The notes: generated by a model not told the origin, from the letters alone. Counted from the first letter of the stretch, positions 27,743-39,239 are shown. The stretch is 64,000 nt of DNA from Vicugna vicugna (GCA_013265495.1 MU058844.1:8863490-8927489); one strand, 5' to 3'. Made by a program: numbers and translations.

Positions 27743-28049
27743 TTTGATGAATAAATGAATCAGGCTGATCTGAGAGTTAGACAGTAGGTAACTTCATGGT
27801 AATGGCATGGGAAATATGGTACAGGCTAAATACACTGGCAAGCCTATGACATACTGCTAACACATTAGGATTTCCAGAACTTGTCAGGAGTAATTGAAAT
27901 TGGGTTGCTGCAGAACTGTAGACATTGGCCTTGCTGAATCAACAAAATGTTGTCTATCGCTTTCATTGTAACCCTGACAAAACTTCAGGTTATGGAAGCT
28001 GGAGAAGAGTGAAAGTTACATGAAGCAGTAGACAGTATACTCTTCGAGA

Positions 28050-28272
28050 GGGTTTATAGAAGCAGTCTGCCTGGCTTTGTGTCTTAGCTCTGCCATTCCT
28101 AGCTGTGTGACCTTGGGCAAGTGTCTTTATTTCCGGTGAGTCAATTTTTTTTTTCTGTCCGATAGGAATACAAATAGTACTAACCTCATAAAGTTGCTAT
28201 GAAGATTAAATTAATTAATATACTCAAAACTCTTAGCATACAGTCAGTCTTCACAACAGCTTTATTATTATT
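28050..28272 (+). mobile_element. MIR SINE
   Basis: 'gctctgccattcctagctgtgtgaccttgggcaagtg...aacctcataaagttgctatgaagattaaa'. Confidence 0.85.
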
Positions 28273-28488
28273 TATGGTATTTTCAAATAAATGTGCACTG
28301 AAATACTAAAGGAAACCATAGAAATACTAATCATCGCCATGTATCATACAGGTGAAAATGTGTCATTATTAATTTCTCTTTTGCACAAAAAGAGCAAGAA
28401 AATAAAGTTAATATTTCAGGCTTTCAAAAATAGGCTTCAGCATCTGCCTTGAGAATAATGAGTTTATAATAAAGCAAACTTTACTTAC

Positions 28489-28635
28489 TCAGTGGGACTC
28501 TAGGCACACCATCACTTCTCTTGGAGATGTGGTTGAAAATAACAATATTTAAGGAAGACTTAGGCACTGATAGGATGGTAGCTTCATTGTCCAAGTTAAA
28601 GACAGCACAATTGGAAGTATAACCCAGTCTTTTTT
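28489..28635 (-). other. Candidate internal exon (147 nt, or 154 nt if the upstream AAG acceptor is used) of a minus-strand transcript
   Basis: Minus strand: T-rich tract-gacatcaagcacacag|AAAAAAGACTGG...CCCACTGA|gtaagt. One frame is open throughout (ORF track 28481-28690). Confidence 0.5.
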
Positions 28636-29289
28636 CTGTGTGCTTGATGTCAAAAAAAAAGAAAAAAAAAAAAGAACAGTGATGTCCCACTAAAAAGTCC
28701 CTTTATGTTGTTTTTAGAGCCAGAGTGAAGGGGCTGAGTCACTCAGTAAGCCACCTGTTAAATCACAATGTTCCAAACTCTAGCTACCTTCAGGATATAT
28801 TTGAGAGTAGGCTATTCATTAGTCATAACTGAAAACATTACTTGGTACTGAAATGCAACTTAAAGACATGTAATCTCTGTAACTGACACTTTTTACTAAA
28901 CTCATACTCTAAGTTTCTAAGTCTACGTAGAAGTTTAGGCAGCCCCTTATAAACGAAAGTTAAATTCAGTTGGGAAAGACACATTTGCATTAAGAGATCT
29001 TAGCATTTTTGTCCTATCCAGGAACAACATTATTTGTGAGGTTCTCTTTGAGATCAACAGAAAATATTAAGCACTTTGTATCAAACTATTATAAATGGTA
29101 CCCTGGTACAAGCCTTAACACTTTCAAACTTATAAAGTGATTTCTCTATTTGTAGATTTTTGTTAAATGTTAAAGATGAAAGTGAGATCTATATGTAACA
29201 TGTACATGTGTGATACAGATTATAATGTATGTATATTTGTGTATATGTGTGTGTGATTTTCATGGTCTTGGGCTAAAGTGGTAACTTTT

Positions 29290-30000
29290 AAAACTTGATA
29301 CTAAAAATAAAAATCCTGAAGGGAAAACAGATGTTACTATAAAACAGCTAAACACACAAAAAAGATAAAATATATATAAAATTGGAAAAAAATATATGTA
29401 ACAGAGTTATTTGACTACATATTAAATAATCTTAATATGTAACTATATCTTAGAAATCATTGAAAAAGATAAACTTTCTAATGTTCCAAAAGCTATGAAC
29501 AATTCATTCAAAAAGGAATGATATATCCTCCTCTATGGAATTGACAAGTATTGATAATTTTCATATTGCCAAGACTATGGAGAAATAGTGTCTTTTACAT
29601 AATGTTGATGTAAGTAGAAACTGGTAGAACACTTTTGGAGGACACTATGGTAATATGAGTTAAAATTTTAAATATGTATATTTTTATTAGCAATTTAACT
29701 TAGGAGAATATATCTGGAGGAAATAATCAGGCAAGTGTTCAAATATCCACCAACAAGAATGTGAATCAAAATATTGCTTATAATAATGAAAAAATTGTAG
29801 GAAACTAAACTACCCAACAACAGGGGATTTGATAACAAAGTCTAGAATATTCAAATGGTGGAATACTCTTTTAATCATTAAAACATATGCTACAGAAATA
29901 TGCCTATGGACTTTGAAAACTCTCAATAGATTTTTAATGGAAAAAAATGGCTTCCAAATATCAAGAGGAAATATGACAATAAATATATTTAAAAATATGC
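29290..30000 (+). mobile_element. Highly decayed L1ME-like 3' region
   Basis: 'agtagaaactggtagaacacttttggaggacactatggtaatatg...agcaatttaacttaggagaatatatc' echoes the L1 ORF2 end. Confidence 0.55.
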
Positions 30001-30049
30001 ACGAGTCTCTGAATGGGTGCAGTATGTGAGTGTGTATGTATACCATTAC

Positions 30050-30600
30050 TTCATTAATGGTAGTGTGTTAGCGGAGATGGACAAGCCAAAAATGTTTCTG
30101 CTCTCATGGAGTATATATTCTACAGAGGCAAGTTCAACAACAAACAACTATGCACAAGCATTAACAAGATAAATTCAAATGTGATGGTTGTTCTGAAGAA
30201 AAGAAAAGTAATTCTTGCATTAGGGGAAATGATTCACACTTAAAAAGGGAGCTCTGGAAAGATGCCTTTGAAGTAGAAATGTTGGAACCAAGACTTAAAT
30301 GAAAAGGAGCTAGTTAGGAGAGGACTGAACATAGCCTTCTAGGAAAAGGGAAGAGCAAGGACAAAGGATCCTCAGGACAGAAAAGGCTTGCAGAGCTGAA
30401 GCAGAAAGAAGGCTGATGTGATGGGGGTACCTGCACAATGAGAAGAGCGAGAGAAAGTCTGAGATGCTGGTAACCTGATGGCCCTGGTGGGTCATGAGTA
30501 TTTAAAAGAAGAAGTGTATTTTAATCTTAGAGCAATGCAGGAATTTTTTTAGAGTTACAAAAATAATGACACAATTTTATTTTTAAAATTACCTTGCCTT
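30050..30600 (-). mobile_element. L2 fragment
   Basis: 'tttctgctctcatggagtatatattctac...ctaggaaaagggaagagcaagg', antisense L2. Confidence 0.65.
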
Positions 30601-31856
30601 GGAAAGTAAAAATTCACATAGAATCTTAAGCATCGCCTTCCTAAGACAACTGGTTTTGCCTTCCCTAACAGTTTAACAGGAAATCAGGTTCATTGAATCA
30701 CAGCTAATTGTAAAGCTTTCAAAATTAGCAGAAATCTTCCATTAAGGGCCAGTGATTATGTTTATTAGTATTTCTGGCCTGATTTGTTATTAGGTAAAGG
30801 ATGCTATTACAGTGTAATCTCATGCATTTTAACAGCTGTGTTATTCCCAATCATTCGAAGAAGGCTGTAAACTGAGTGTCTTATATTAGCAGATTTCCCT
30901 AAACACAGTAGCTAGTAATAATCCATTTTATTTTAAGGCACTTCACAGAAATTAGTGGATCTATGTGGTTTAATGTTTATTGTTATTGTTATAAAGTTTA
31001 ATGTTACTGACTGTCACTATTGCTTCATGTTAATTCAACTAAATAAGTATTACTTGTAATTTTTCCACAAGTAATAATTTTATTAAAATAACCTCAGAAA
31101 ACTTTTTACATGAGGTTTATCAACTTCCAAGTAATTGCTAAATGTATTTTCCTTAATTTTAGAGTAATTGGTGGATGGTTCCCCAAATCTCTAGTTTAGT
31201 TCTGGCCAATAGATTTTGACCATTCTAAGCCATTTTCAATTTGATTCTAAATTATGTTGTCCTCCTCTGTACTTTTATATTTCTCAAAATTTAAAAAAGA
31301 TAATCACAATAAATATAATTGCTATATATTTCTACCTGATTTTTATTTTTATCTTTAGCTTTAACATGTACAAATGCTACTAAAATCAGCAGATTCAAAG
31401 GAAGGGCAATATACATGCATCAGAAAAGTATTTTTGTATGTTAATTTTCTAAGCTTGTGGAAATAACAAAAGTAACACAGTAAATAGCCTCATTAAAAAA
31501 ATAAAGGTGGTCATGAATTTCTCCACTAAAGCAGCACAATACCGTAGAAGCTTTCCAGGTTTAATTAAAATTATAAAATACAGCTTCTGTGGGTGAAACT
31601 ACATTTTTAAAAAATACTCAATGCTTTTCCACAAATATAAGAGAATACTTCCGTGTCTTATAATGCTAAACTTTTATGGTTTTCATTTAAATCACACAGA
31701 GAGGATTTTATGGGCTCAGTATGGAATAATCCCTAATCTTCTAAGTTGGTATTGTCCGTTAACTTGTTTTATAATCCTTTTAGAACAGTACTCTTTAATA
31801 GTGTACATGTAGTTTAAAACTTTCCAGAAGTCACTTAAAAATAGAAAAAATAAATA

Positions 31857-32337
31857 CAGGCAGACCTCATTTTATTGCACTTCACCTCCTGTCCTTTGCA
31901 GATACTGTGTGTTTTACAAATTGAAGGTCTGTGGCAGCCTTGCCTCGAGCAAGTCTATCGATGTCATTTTCCCAACAGCATCTGCTCACTGTGACTCTGT
32001 GTCACATATTCTCACAATGTTTCAAACTTGGTCATTATTATTATGCTTATTATGCGATCTGTGATCAGTGATCTTTGATGTTACTCTTGCAAAAAGACTC
32101 AGACTTGCTGAAGGTTCAGATGATGGTTAGCATTTTTAAGCAACAACGTATTTTTAACTAAGGTACACATTTTTTTTAGACATACTGATAAATATACAGT
32201 TAACAGAATACAGTAGTGTAAACATAACTTTTCTATGCACTGGGAAATCAAAATACTTGTATCACTCACTTTTTTTTGATATTTGCTTTATTGCAGTGGT
32301 CTGGAACCAAACCAGCAATATCTCCGAGGTATGCTCA
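31857..32337 (+). mobile_element. Tigger1 internal-deletion derivative (481 bp), nested in a MER3/MER33-like hAT element (about 31810-32470)
   Basis: TA|CAGGCAGACCTC ... CGAGGTATGCTCA|TA: degenerate Tigger1 TIRs with TA TSD and Tigger1 internal text. The flanks resemble MER3/33 (aaaatattatcatttcaacatgt, gtagccacatttccagtg). Confidence 0.88.
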
Positions 32338-32729
32338 TAGGCAAAATAATATTAATAATGTGTTTTATGTAAACCAATGTATCCAAAAATATTATCATTT
32401 CAACATGTGGTAGTAGCCACATTTCCAGTGTCCAGTTGCCACCTGTGCCTTGCAGCTCCAAACCAGGCAATAAAGCTTTAGAACATGCTTTGATTTATGA
32501 TTTGAGTCCTTACAGACTATAGTTTCTCCAAAAAAGAAACTACTTCTCATTTAACAAAGATGAAAACATAGCAGAAAAAAGTTGAAGGACTGATTAGGCA
32601 GTTTTGCGTCATGACAAAACAACCCACTGTATCACCTTATTTGGTTTGGGTTTTTGCATTTTTACCTTTAAGTGGTATGTTTCGGCTCTTGGTAGGCAAA
32701 GTCTTGTATGCTCCAACACTCTACAGTAT

Positions 32730-33155
32730 TAATTCACTGAGACTGTCCTCCTTTCCATATTTCACAGACATGCCATTTTCTCTCAGGCTTATGACTTTGA
32801 ACAAGTTACTCCTTCTGTCTAGAATAAGCTACTCCCACTTTATGAACAGTCAAAACTCTACTTGTCCTCAAGGTCTGGCTCAAATTACATGCCCTGTGTA
32901 AGTCCAGCTCACAATCCAACAAGCAAATTACTTGACTCCCCAATGGTGAGGCTTCCATAGCATCTCTGTGTGTACATCTCTTTTATAGCATTTGTTGAAC
33001 TGTGTATTGATTTGGTATTTATATAATTATTTTACTTCCCTCTCCCTCCAAGTGGACTATGGACACACTGTGAGTAGGTACTAAACATTATTAATTTTTG
33101 CCAGTCTGACACCAGCCAGAGGATAGACACAAGGTAGTTTACTAATAAATGTTTG
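32730..33155 (+). mobile_element. L2 3' fragment
   Basis: Ends 'acacaaggtagtttactaataaatgtttg'. Confidence 0.55.
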
Positions 33156-33759
33156 TATATTATATTTTACTACCCCAAAGTATTATGCACTTTGACATTT
33201 TTTTAGATAACTACAATTCTGAATTTTTCTTATATATTATCTCCAGGTATTAAAAATTGCCAAGGCACATGAATTTTGCATGTGCACACACATATGTAAT
33301 ACAATTCTGCAACTTTAGAGGGACCTGCTATTGTTATTTACTTTATCTCATCTCACAGGTGCTAACTTTTTGGAGGGCCATGGCTTTTCATCAAAGAGAC
33401 TCATTAAGTTTCATTAAATATTTTACAGCCTTTTATCACATCATGAAATCACTGTATATATTCTTTTCATGTTGTGTATTTAAACATTAGCTCCTCAAGA
33501 TTGTAACTTTTTTATTTTAAGAGTAATGTCTATCTTTATTTTTATTCAACTCTCCCCATAATATCCTGCAGTATTCTGGGCATAAAGTAGATACTGAGTT
33601 CAGTAAAAACTTGGTGAACTCAAAAAACTTCCACGTAACAATTACGTGTAATATTTAAAGGTTACTGAATAGCAATATAGTTAAATATTTTTATATTGTA
33701 TAATTTATAATAAACCCTACTTAACTATTTAAGTGCATGTTGAATGCCTATTTCATACT

Positions 33760-35640
33760 TGAGTTCATTCATTTGGCATATTGAGTGCTACAAATCCAGC
33801 CAATGTGCTAGATACTGAGCATGCATTAATGAATACAAGGAATAAGATCTCACCTTTTTGTATTTTACAGTGTAATGAAAAATACAGATACCTAGAAAAT
33901 AGGCAACAAGTACATATAATTTTTTTTTAATTCGATGAGGAACAAATGGTTGAGAAACAGAGAATAACAAGAGGGATTCATATAGATGAAGTGAATAGGG
34001 ACTCCATGAGTAGGGGACACTTAAACTGGGAATTGAAGAATTAAGAAAGAATCGCTGTATGAAGATCAGGAGGAAGGGAGTTCCCGGGAGAGGAAATAGC
34101 ATGGGTAAGACAGAACAGGGGACATGCTGGGATCTAAGGGATGGTCACTGCAGCAAGTCCCCAGTGCCATGAAATGAAGGTGAAAGGGTAGGCAAGGTAC
34201 AGGGTTAAGTTGAGATTGGCAGGCCACAATAGGATTTGCGTTTTACTTAAAAGGTTTTGAGTAATGAAGGGAGTCTTGCTTAACAGGTTGCCTGCTAAGC
34301 AAGTGGAGGAGGACAAGAGGATAGACAGAATAAGAAGACTAAGGGGCACATTGTTGGAGTTTCTAGGATAGACAACAGTGAGTTGGGCCACAGTCATAGC
34401 AATGGTGAGGAAGAGAAGATGATGTATTAGGGACTGATTTAGAGAAGACTTAAGGGATAGTCTGGAGGATTAAGGAAGGGTGAAGAATCGAGAATGACTA
34501 ACAGGTATTTTCTGCTTTGTAATCTGTGGGTGCTAAAGTTGTTTTTTGTTTGTTTGTTTTTTAGATGGGCAAGAGTAAGAGTGAAACTCAATTACGAGGG
34601 TATAAAAAAGAATTTTTAAGCTTAAGTTTGAGGTGCCTGTGAGATGCCAGTAAAATGTAGGATAAGTATATTGTATAAAAATCTGGAGCTCAGAGGAAGT
34701 TTGAAAGGCGAAAAGTACAAATTTGGAATTCATTGACGCATGTAGATAGTCTTTAAAAGTTATGGAACTGGAATTGGACAAAAACCCCCAGACAAAAAGC
34801 GTAGAGAAAGAAGGAGGAGGTCTCCAGACTGAACCCTGGGGAACCCCTGTATCTGATCTTAGGCTGCCATAATCCTATAGTCTGGGTGACTTAAACAACA
34901 GCATTTATTTCTTTTATTTCTTGGGAAGTCCAAGATCAAGATGCTGACAGATTTGGTTCTTGCTGAGGGCCCTTTCCCTGACGTGGCAGACATCTGCCTT
35001 TTCTCTGTGTCCTCAAAGGGAGGAGAGAGCGAGAGCTTTGGTGCTACTCCTCTTCTTAGGACACTAATTCCATTATGAGAGCTTCACCCTCTTGCTTCAT
35101 CCAAAGCTAATCATGTCCTCAAAGCTCTACCTCCTGATACCATCACTATGAGGATTAGACTCCAACACGTGAATTTGAGAGTGACATAAACAGTCAGTTC
35201 ATAACAACCGGCCTTTAGAGTTTTGTTTGACAAGGATACACTAGAGAAATAGGAATAAAACCCAGAGAGCGTCGTGTCACTAGAGCCCTCCCTCCCATAA
35301 AACCTTTTTTGTGGTTTTATAGCATACCTTGGCTAAAACCCCCAAATCCTTAGTGTGTTCTATAAATCTCAGTGTTTTGAAAAAGGATGTGAACAACTCC
35401 AGGAAATGCTACTGACAGGTAGTAAAATGGACTTCAATAATTTGGTGATGTCAGCAAGACTGGCTTCCCCAGAGTGGTAGTTTTTGAAGCTAGACAGGAG
35501 TGGACTGGGCAGTACTTAACGGTGGCGGGAACTAGTGGTGATGACATTATAATTTTGGCTGTCAACGGCAAGAGAGAAACAGAGTAGTCACTGGGAAAGA
35601 AAATGGACTGAGAAAAGATTCATTTAGGCAGGGACATGCT
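33760..35640 (-). mobile_element. Long L2 remnant interrupted by an MLT1 LTR
   Basis: Starts 'ttcattcatttggcatattgagtgctac' and includes 'aagtttgaggtgcctgtgagatgcc', antisense L2. Confidence 0.75.
34848..35207 (-). mobile_element. MaLR solo LTR (MLT1A-like)
   Basis: TG...CA ends: 'tgtatctgatcttaggctgccataa...gacttaaacaacagcatttatt...gaagtccaagatcaagatgctgacagatttgg...cagttcataaca'. Confidence 0.85.
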
Positions 35641-36189
35641 ACAGCACGTTTGTACATCAAAGGGCTGTGTGTGCATAACTACACCAGCTTGCAAAATCTG
35701 GGCTAGAGTGTGGCACTAGACAAGAGCAGTCCCAGTGCCATTTGTGGGACTGGTGGGGGTGGTCTCCGACGAGAAGCTGCAGCAGCCCGGGTGTCTGCCA
35801 GCTGCCCTATTTTTCTTATTCTTACCCAGCGACCAGCTGCTAGAAGCAAGTGATAGGAAATTCCTGCTTACAGCCCACGTTTTCTCTCACTTTCTCAAGT
35901 TACCAGTCTGATGCTTTTTCTCTTTCTCTTTCCTTACTTACCCAACTCTCATAAATCTAAGCTTTCAGCCACATTCTTTTGTATTCTTTTTACCATCCTA
36001 GAATATATACAGCTTACTCTTGTGAGGTTAATTGAAATCAGAAAAAGACTTCAGTTCAGGGTTTATCAGAAGAACAGTTACGTGATGAAATGAAGCGTAA
36101 GTAATAAGCCTCTATTTAGATAGTTTTAATGAATAACCTCACTTCCATTTTTACAACACTGAAGGAGAAAAATGATAGATTAGGCAGTG

Positions 36190-36410
36190 ATTGATATTTA
36201 TTTACTGAGCACTGACTAAGTTTAATATGCTGTTGTAAGTGCTTTATGTGAAATATGTCATTTAAATTTCACGATAACCCATTAAGTCAGCTATTATTTT
36301 CATCCTCATTTTATAGTAAAAAAAGAGGTTAAGTGACTTAATTAAGATCGTACATTTTAGAAGTCTTGGAGACAGGAGTTCCCTCAAGTAATCTGACCCA
36401 AAGCCAAGGC
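36190..36410 (-). mobile_element. MIR SINE
   Basis: 'atttactgagcactgac...gtaagtgctttatgtg...catcctcattttatag...gaggttaagtgactt'. Confidence 0.75.
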
Positions 36411-37700
36411 TGAGGCATCAAAAAATGATATGGATGAATGCCCAAGCAGAGCTCCAGCATTCCAGAGATGGTGCCCTAGATCCTTCTAAATGCATGGATC
36501 AGTTTAACCCAAGCCCCAAAAAGGAAGGAATCGTGTCTTTGTCTAACACGTATAAGCAGTAGTAATAGCAGCAGCTACAGAAGCTGCACTTAGTAAGAGC
36601 TGAACTTTGCTGAATGGTGACTAAGTGCCAGAATTGTCCCAACCACTTGGAGCATTTTGATTTAATCTTAAACATAATGTCCAGTACCAGAAGTGGAACT
36701 AGTAATTTTTTATATACTGATACAAATTGTTTTGAAACACATGTTCTAGAACCATACGCTTTGAAATGTGAAAAAAAAAACAAACCAACCTTTGGACAGA
36801 GAAAATTTTCAGGTTCCATATTTTATTCTTATAAACAATAAGAACCTTTATTCCTTATAGAAATACGCTTATCATTTACTTTTTCACAAGCTATGACAAA
36901 TTTTATATTTGGCAGAAGAAAACATCTTTAAAAAGCCTAAAAACAGGAATTTGAACTTTTCTTTAAAATTTGAAAATGCTAGACATACAGTTCGTAGACC
37001 TTGGCCTTCAATGAACAAGTGTAATTTTTCAAAACATTTTCTTTCACTTACATGTCAAGTGTGATCTTTGTTGTTACTCTTACCATTATATAAGTTTATC
37101 TTTGCTTTTCAAATGAGGTAACTGTGGTCCTTACAGACTAGCCTCAAATAATTTTTGTGGCAAACCCAGAATTAACTAGACGGCAAAGATAGGACATCCA
37201 ATTTTTGGGGGGGGGTCATTTTGACCCTTACTCAGGGACTTCACTGGCAGCATTGAACAATCCTGTGCATGCAAGAGATGTCCCCAAAGAGTGCAAAAAA
37301 CATCACCCTCCCAAGACCCAGAGCCATTTCTAAAACCAGAAGAAAGAAAGACTCAGACAAATCCCCTGAGAGCTACAATTGTTAGTTAGACCCTGGCCAC
37401 CAACGGAGTGCCACTCACATTTCTGTCCAGTCATATTTTTTCGCCCTCCAACCTGTCTGTTGCCAAGCCAAGTTCTTAGGACACAAGAGACAGTTAAGAA
37501 GGCAACAGCCATCCTGGGAAAGGATCAACTATCAATCAGTACTCGAAAGCAAATTCACAAGTCAGTTCAAAGATTCAATTCTCACACTTGTTTTTTGGCC
37601 TGCCAGTCTGACAACCTGAAGTTTTACTCTCCTCTCTCCACCAGGCATCACAGATAGAAATCAGACAGGGCTGACTTTGATAAAAAAAAAAAAATCTTAC

Positions 37701-37950
37701 CGTTTGCTGTCTTCTGCCAGTTTCCCCCAGGCTTCTGCAGGCTCTGGAACAAGTGGGATGTCCCCCGCTGGCCTTGTCCTGGTCTCCAGAGACGCATGAG
37801 GAGGAGGGAACGTGGTTTTCCCTCGACTCCTTTCAGGGAGTGCTTGCCCGAGGCCCCCTTTTCCTTAGGACGCCTCGTAAACGGAAAAGTGTATCCATGT
37901 TGAAAGTTCTCTCTGTGGCCGCCGTAATTCAAGATTATCTCGGGTAAAGG
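37701..37950 (-). other. Candidate first exon of a minus-strand transcript (5' end unknown)
   Basis: Strong donor ACG|gtaaga at 37701/37700 at the island edge. ATGs at 37898 (strong Kozak, 21-aa ORF) and 37797 (open to the donor). Confidence 0.5.
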
Positions 37951-38006
37951 TTAACCTGCTTGTTCAGCCTCAGAACAAAAATTTCTTCACCTGACGCTTC
38001 ACGCTT

Positions 38007-38170
38007 GACCCAAGTCCGGCTTAAGCCGGACCCCGTCTGACCCGGAACCAGTCCCGGTTCTACCTCCTCAGTGGTCCGACCCTGGACCCGGCCCCCCTTT
38101 CTAAGTGGGACCCAGTCTGACCCTGCACCTGGCCCCGTTTCTAAATTGGACCCAGTCCGGCTTAGGCCGG
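38007..38170. repeat. Degenerate ~40-bp GC-rich tandem repeat (about 3.5 copies) flanked by palindromes
   Basis: Unit close to GGACCCAGTCTGACCCTGCACCTGGCCCCGTTTCTAAATT, starting near 38028, 38068, 38108 and (partial) 38148. Confidence 0.75.
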
Positions 38171-38219
38171 TTTCCAGACGGAGCCTCGACACTTGAGATG
38201 CATTTAAACGCCGTCCGGA

Positions 38220-38312
38220 AGCTCCTCCGGCAAAAAGCTGCGGAGGCTCCTGGAGGGACGACCCGCCGGCTCCTGAGGCGGCGAGGAGGCAGCGAGCCCA
38301 GGGGCTCAGCAG
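38220..38312 (+). other. Candidate first exon of a plus-strand transcript (5' end unknown)
   Basis: GC-rich leader ending in a moderate donor, CAG|gtaccc, at 38312/38313. Confidence 0.35.
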
Positions 38313-38386
38313 GTACCCCGGCTGGTCGCTCGTGGCTCCTGGGCCCTCAGGGGTCTCCTTGGGCTCCCTCTTCTCACACTAAAAGC

Positions 38387-38759
38387 TGTTAGAAGATAAA
38401 CTGAGGCATACCAAACATTGGAGTTTATATGAGCAAAAGTCGATTCAAGTGGAGCAGCATTCAGTCTAGCAAACTAGAAAGACGCTCCGGGGAGCTGTTC
38501 AAAATGAGACATAGACAGACGGGAGCGGGAACAAGTTGAATAAACTAGGCCGAAACCACACTAGTTGCAGCAGAGTTACTTTCCTTTAAGGGAAGGCAGG
38601 GATCTCTCAGGCAGATTACTTAACTAAGGCTGATTGGGCAGTTCCTGACTGGTCTAAGATACCGTCTCTGGGAGAGCCAACACTAAGTTAAGTCTCCTCA
38701 GTTTGGTGACGGGCTTAGCATAGACTACGCCATTTGAGGCCTGTTGTCTTGGTTTAAGA
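38387..38759 (-). mobile_element. ERV1-class solo LTR (MER57/MER51-like)
   Basis: The reverse complement begins 'tcttaaaccaagacaacaggcctcaaatgg', contains CCAAT (38633-38637) and ends '...gctcatataaactcc...tcagtttatcttctaaca', resembling MER57-type LTR ends. Confidence 0.65.
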
Positions 38760-39094
38760 AAAGGATATATAATTCTTTTCTAATGCAGTATTAAGTAGAG
38801 AAATACAACTTGGAAAAACAAAAGCAGGAAAAGATATTTTACTGACTCTCATACAGCTAAGAATAGACTACGTGGGGGCAAAAATAACGGGACTTCTATG
38901 CTTATACTTCCTCCACGCCCTCCACTACTTTTCAAGTGCTGGGCATTACCAGGTGTTGTAGGACTGATTTCCCAGCAAAGGGGATGCCTACATGCTAAAC
39001 AACATTATTGGTTTCTGCTTTTCTTCTTTGGTGACTTCTTATCCACAGACTATATTCAGCTTGTAAACACGATCAGATCTTGTCCATCCTGAAA

Positions 39095-39210
39095 AACAAA
39101 CCTCTGGTGCTGGAAATGCAGATTTGCATTCCCAGACCTCTGAATCAGAAATATTTGGATGAAGTGTGGGATCTGCCTTTTTAATCAGTTTTCCAGGCTA
39201 CTCTTTGCTC
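39095..39210. mobile_element. MER5A-like fragment
   Basis: 'aaatgcagatt...cccagacctctgaatcagaaa...atctgcctttttaa...ccagg'. Confidence 0.65.
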
Positions 39211-39239
39211 ACAGAGATTTGAAACTGACTAACAAGGTA

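Larger units (their letters stand above)
37700..38390. promoter_or_regulatory. CpG island, probable (bidirectional) promoter
   Basis: The only dense GC/CpG-rich segment in the window. ETS-type CCGGAAG at 38215-38221, half-CRE TGACG at 37992-37996, and outward-facing splice donors at 37700 (-) and 38313 (+). Confidence 0.75.

Noticed and set aside
36461..36476. CTCF-like site ccagagatggtgccc
   Set aside because: It needs a gap or several mismatches to fit the core consensus.
36499..36841. Overlapping 106-aa (-) and 75-aa (+) ORFs near the island
   Set aside because: No recognisable domain or convincing flanking splice sites; consistent with chance ORFs.
38007..38170. CRISPR-like array (palindromic repeats at regular spacing)
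   Set aside because: Mammalian context, the units are tandem degenerate copies without unique spacers, and there are no cas genes.
38105..38392. 95-aa plus-strand ORF in the CpG island
   Set aside because: Long open frames are expected in GC-rich DNA. It starts at GTG inside the tandem repeat and has no recognisable homology.
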